Shown here one piece after another: positions 59,508 to 64,000 of a stretch of DNA of 64,000 nt. The stretch lies in NCBI RefSeq assembly GCF_009914755.1, contig NC_060935.1; one strand, given 5' to 3'. Below the pieces are notes generated by a model. The model had not been told where the DNA came from, made no database searches, and saw only the letters and a program-made list of their open reading frames with translations. Position 1 is the first letter of the stretch, and every line of letters starts with the position of its first letter. The DNA comes from the human T2T-CHM13v2.0 reference genome, Homo sapiens. Both the position numbers and the translations under genes were made by a program.

Positions 59508-60827
59508 TTTTTTTTTTTTTTATTGATCATTCTTGGGTGTTTCTCGCAGATGGGGATTTGGCAGGGTCATAGGACAATAGTGGAGGGAAGGTCAGCAGAT
59601 AAACAAGTGAACAAAGGTCCCTGGTTTTCCTAGGCAGAGGACCCTGCGGCCTTCCGCAGTGTTTGTGTCCCTGGGTACTTGAGATTAGGGAGTGGTGATG
59701 ACTCTTAATGAGCATGCTGCCTTCAAGCGTCTGTTTAACAAAGCACATCTTGCACCGCCCTTAATCCATTTAACCCTGAGTGGACACAGCACATGTTTCA
59801 GAGAGCACAGGGTTTGGGGTAAGGTCATAGATCAACAGCATCCCAAGGCAGAAGAATTTTGCTTAGTACAGAACAAAATGGAGTCTCCCATGTCTACTTC
59901 TTTCTGCACAGACACAGCAACAATCTGATTTCTCTATCTTTTCCCCACATTTCCCCCTTTTCTATTGGACAAAACCGCCATCGTCATCATGGCCCATTCT
60001 CAATGAGCTGTTGGGTACACCTCCCAGACGGGGCGGCTGCCGGGCGGAGGGGCTCCTCACTTCTCGGACGGGGCGGCTGCCGGGCGGAGGGGCTCCTCAC
60101 TTCTCAGACGGGGCGGCCGGGCAGAGACGCTCCTCACCTCCCAGATGGGGTCGCGGCCGGGCAGAGGCGCTCCTCACATCCCAGACGGGGCGGCGGGGCA
60201 GAGGCGCTCCCCACATCTCAGATGATGGGCGGCCGGGCAGAGACGATCCTCACTTCCCAGACGTGATGGCGGCCGGGAAGAGGCGCTCCTCACTTCCCAG
60301 ACTGGGCAGCTGGGCAGAGGGGCTCCTCACATCCCAGACGATGGGCGGCCAGGCAGAGACGCTCTTCACTTCCCAGACGGGGTGGCGGCCGGGCAAAGGC
60401 TGCAATCTCGGCACTTTGGGAGGCCAAGGCAGGCGGCTGGGAGGTGGAGGTTGTAGCGAGCCGAGATCACGCCACTGCACTCCAGCCTGGGCAACATTGA
60501 GCACTGAGTGAGCGAGACTCCGTCTGCAATCCCGGCACCTCGGGAGGCCGAGGCTGGCAGATCACTCGTGGTTAGGAGCTGGAGACCAGCCCGGCCAACA
60601 CAGCGAAACCCCGTCTCCACCAAAAAAATACAAAAACCAGTCAGGCGTGGCGGCGCGCGCCTGCAATCCCAGGCACTCGGCAGGCTGAGGCAGGAGAATC
60701 AGGCAGGGAGGTTGCAGTGAGCAGAGATGGCGGCAGCACAGTCCAGCTTCGGCTCGGCATCAGAGGGAGACCGTGGAAAGAGAGGGAGAGGGAGACTGTG
60801 GGGAGAGGGAGAGGGAGAGGGAGAGGG
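59508..60827 (-). mobile_element. SVA retrotransposon (older, SVA_B-like), all domains present, short VNTR
   Basis: Poly-T, SINE-R (ATTGATCATTCTTGGGTGTTTCTCGCAG), GC-rich VNTR at about 60010-60400, Alu-like region, (GGGAGA)n hexamer at 60781-60827. TSD TGCTTC (59502-59507 and 60828-60833). Confidence 0.96.
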
Positions 60828-61474
60828 TGCTTCATTCTTATAGCAATTTTTTTAGTCAGATGTAAGTAAAGATCTTAACTGGTATAAATACGTTCTATAG
60901 CTGTTCTTATAAAGCAGTGTTTTCAACTTTTTCAGAAGGTAGTAGTATCTTCTGACAAAGATAAAAATTGCACACATAGGTAAGCTCATTCTCCAGAATC
61001 AGATATATCCTTTAAGGAGCATTTTTCCTTGAACCATTTGAGAAGTAGAAATGGACGGAGAAAATTTTTCTTGTGAGTAACCCACAAAACATGAAGATTT
61101 TGTAAAGATCCATTTTCTATGATTTGTGATATAAATAACTTATTTTTTTCTGTTTCCAAATATAAAAACATATTATAATATGTAACAGACTTTTTAAAGT
61201 ACATGTGCAATTCTAGAGAGTGTGTCTTGCTTCGCTAAGGAACCTTGTCCCAAAGCTCTGCAGCCTCACTATCTCTGGAAATAATCGCTGTAATACAAGA
61301 ATATGATTAAATGTTTCTTTGTAGCAGATCCTGTTTATCCCATTCTAAAATCAGACCTTTCTAGGGCCATGTGCATTTTCTAGTTTCACATCAACGACTA
61401 GTCCATTATCTCTCGGCTACAAGCATCTTGGCTGAGAACATTATTCCCACAATGACCCCATTTTTAGGTTCTTT

Positions 61475-61774
61475 GACAAAGATGCAAAAGAAATATAGCT
61501 ACGTTGGCCATCCCACAAAGGAGATGATGTTCCTCTCTGAGATAAAGCCCATTGGAATTTTTGTGGTACAGACAAATGAATAGCAGACATCAATGAAGGA
61601 TAGCGTGAAGAGGAAAAAGTGTGTGGGGGTATGAAGGTGAGAATTTAGGGACATAAAATTATGTTCAAATTCTCCCCACAGGGACCACATTAAGAATAAA
61701 ACACTGGGGCAGCGGGAGTTTGTTAATCTCACAAGGATAAATTCAGTCACCGAAGAGTTATTTTCCACTGCCAT
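61475..61774 (-). pseudogene. Truncated OR8 pseudogene, N-terminus to TM3 only (possibly OR8X1P, unverified)
   Basis: MAVENNSSVTEFILVRLT...[26 protein letters not shown]...ERNIISFVGWPT*LYFFCIFV, after which OR homology stops. Confidence 0.92.
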
Positions 61775-63465
61775 TCATTTCATGGTATGATCTATAAGAA
61801 CAGGGGCAGACAGTAGCATTAATGACAGATCCTCCCTCTTTGTCCCTAGAGGGAGAGCTGGATCTGCTGGATTGTCAGCTCAGGGTTGTCTAAAGACTTA
61901 CAGCAAGTGATCCAAGGAGGAAGAGTCCCTAAGGAGGTCCCCAAGACCTGAAATTCCAGATTGTCCTTCCCTCTTCTCTCCCTCCCCCAAGTCAGTTTTT
62001 GTAGGTCTCTAACCAGAGAAAACTGCTTGTAGACCTTATGCCGTTTCAGCACTTCCTCCCTCCAACCAGGGCTGTCTCCAGAGTATTCCCCTAGAATCTT
62101 TGATTTATGGGTTTGGAAGGAAATCGGCAAGACAAAGATGATTTAGACATTCGTCGTTGTTTTTCCTAGAGACCCTACCAGTGCTCAACCTCGAGGGCCC
62201 TTCTTTCCCACTGTCTTGAAGGGGGCAAATCTGATGATGCAGCAGGCAAGAGCCATCAGCACAGTCTTCAGTCTCTGACAAGCTGTAAGAGTTCTTTGGA
62301 GAATTTTCCATGACTTCTATTTGAAAACTTGCCCAGAAGGCCCTCTTCACAAGCAAGCAGTAAAACAACTTTAGAAGCCTAAATGGCTTGAATGGGAATT
62401 TGTTTCACGCCCTACAGCTCTGGAGAAAGTGATTCAAAGCCCAGAGAATGATTCTTTCCATTGCAATTTCCTCTAAAGTTGGATGAGCCTCTTAAAGGTT
62501 TACATTACTGAGCCTGTGTGTACATCCTGTGTCATAGACCTACCTTTGGATCCTTCTGTACTCAGCATTCTTACTTAGTTTATAATTTCATGTCGGGAAA
62601 TCCAATCTCCAATGCAGAAGAGTGAATGCTCCCTTTGTCACTTCCTTCATTTTCCCCTGGAGTCTATGCACAGTGCTACAAAAGGAAAGTCCAGGGATAC
62701 AGTCACTTGCCATTTCTACTTTCCTACATGCCTTTGGGATTGTGTTAGTAAAATCGTAGATTATAGCTTTGACACCATATGTGATTGTGGATTTCTCTTC
62801 TATAAAGATATTTGTAGCAAAGTAGCTAAGTCTTTGTAGCTACTTTGTAGCTAAGTCAGACTGCCTCAATTTAAATCTAGACTATTTCTGCACTTCCTGT
62901 GAGATTTTAGATGTTATGTAACTTCTTTGACCCTTGTTTCCTCCTCTGTAAAATGAGAATAGTAATTGATTGCCGTGGGGGTTAAATGATTTAGTACATG
63001 GAAAGTATTAGAACACTGCCTGGAATATGGAAAGAGTCTGGTAAGTGTTTGTTCTCCTTCTCCTCATTCATATTCGCCTATATATATAAAACGTGAACCT
63101 TTTCCCTGCGTGCTCCCTGAACACTTTTATTTTATGTGTATTTATGTGCCCCAAGTTCAAAGTGTCCCAAACTGCAGTCAGCATTTTCTTATGATTTCCA
63201 GAACCACTCCTTCTCCGTTCATTATTGTCTAAATTATTTTCATGACCACCCAGGTTACTAAATTTAAGCATCTGCTCCTCACTCACCTTCTTCATCCAGG
63301 CTTCATGTCCCAGAGAAGCTATCTCTTCAAAATCTTGCTCTGGTCTTTCCTCTCTAATACATTGCTTTCGTAAGCCTCTCTTCACCTCCTGATTGGATTA
63401 CACTTGATTTTCTAATGTGGGTTCTTATGGAATAAAAGAATTTGTTCTTTGTAACCTCCTTCTCA

Positions 63466-63467
<2 letters not shown>

Positions 63468-63506
<39 letters not shown>
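63468..63506 (+). repeat. (CA)n microsatellite
   Basis: About 17 CA units followed by CGCACA. Confidence 0.95.
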
Positions 63507-64000
63507 ATCTTATCCTTGTAATATGGCTTATAATAATTATAAATTTGGTTAGATAAATATTCAGTAGTTGCATTATTAACACAATTTTAAACACTATTTA
63601 CAGATAATAGATCAGATACCAGAATCATTTTTATTTTATTTCTTTTTCATTTTCCATGAAGCAAATGTTTTTGGGGGCTCTCATTTGCTTTGATAGTCTA
63701 TGATTTCCTTGAATTATCCTCATGACCTCTTCTCCATTTGTATATATCTTTTCTCACTATATACAGTTGTAGCCATATGATGTTAGCTGATATTTCAAAA
63801 ATTTCATCTTCTCAAAAATGTCATCCTAAGAAACTTGTGATCTACTACCAGATCAGAAGTTTAATGGGATGTCCTCTAGCTTTGTTGAAAATCTAACATT
63901 TTGAGATCTCTTGTCACCATCTTTCTGGGAATTCTCTTCACCTCATACCTGTGTTAGGTAACCTGTTTTCTAGATTCTGTTTTCCTGTTTCTTCATTTCT

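Noticed and set aside
60010-60400. Repeat-spacer-like array suggestive of CRISPR
   Set aside because: It is the SVA VNTR: degenerate tandem units with no unique spacers, no cas genes, and a primate context.
59859-60835. Several 60-166 aa GC-rich ORFs
   Set aside because: They derive from the stop-poor SVA VNTR and Alu-like region.

Overview
AT-rich, repeat-dense primate genomic DNA. An SVA element points to a great ape, most likely human, and the genes match the family-8 olfactory receptor (OR) cluster I recall at human 11q24. There are six OR8 loci, all on the minus strand: two intact 313-aa paralogs (OR8B2-like at 39085-40026, OR8B3-like at 53075-54016), three full-length pseudogenes (14209-15158, 22296-23228, 33557-34490) and one 5'-only fragment (61475-61774). 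Three nested local duplications of different ages explain the layout, overlaid by Tigger, L1, Alu, SVA, MaLR/ERV LTR, MIR and MER insertions. I see no evidence for a new protein family or a CRISPR-like system. The most notable features are structural. (1) A head-to-head pair of L1PA elements between OR8B2 and OR8B3 shares many non-consensus variants. (2) OR8B2 and OR8B3 appear to have been homogenised by gene conversion. (3) One pseudogene has compensating +2/-2 frameshifts that leave a single in-frame stop. (4) Two L1PA7-like copies share a 92-bp identical tract. (5) A young L1 carries a short 3' transduction. (6) Splice-acceptor and homeodomain/O-E motifs are conserved upstream of the OR loci. 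Repeat subfamily names and gene symbols come from recalled consensus sequences, not from a database search.
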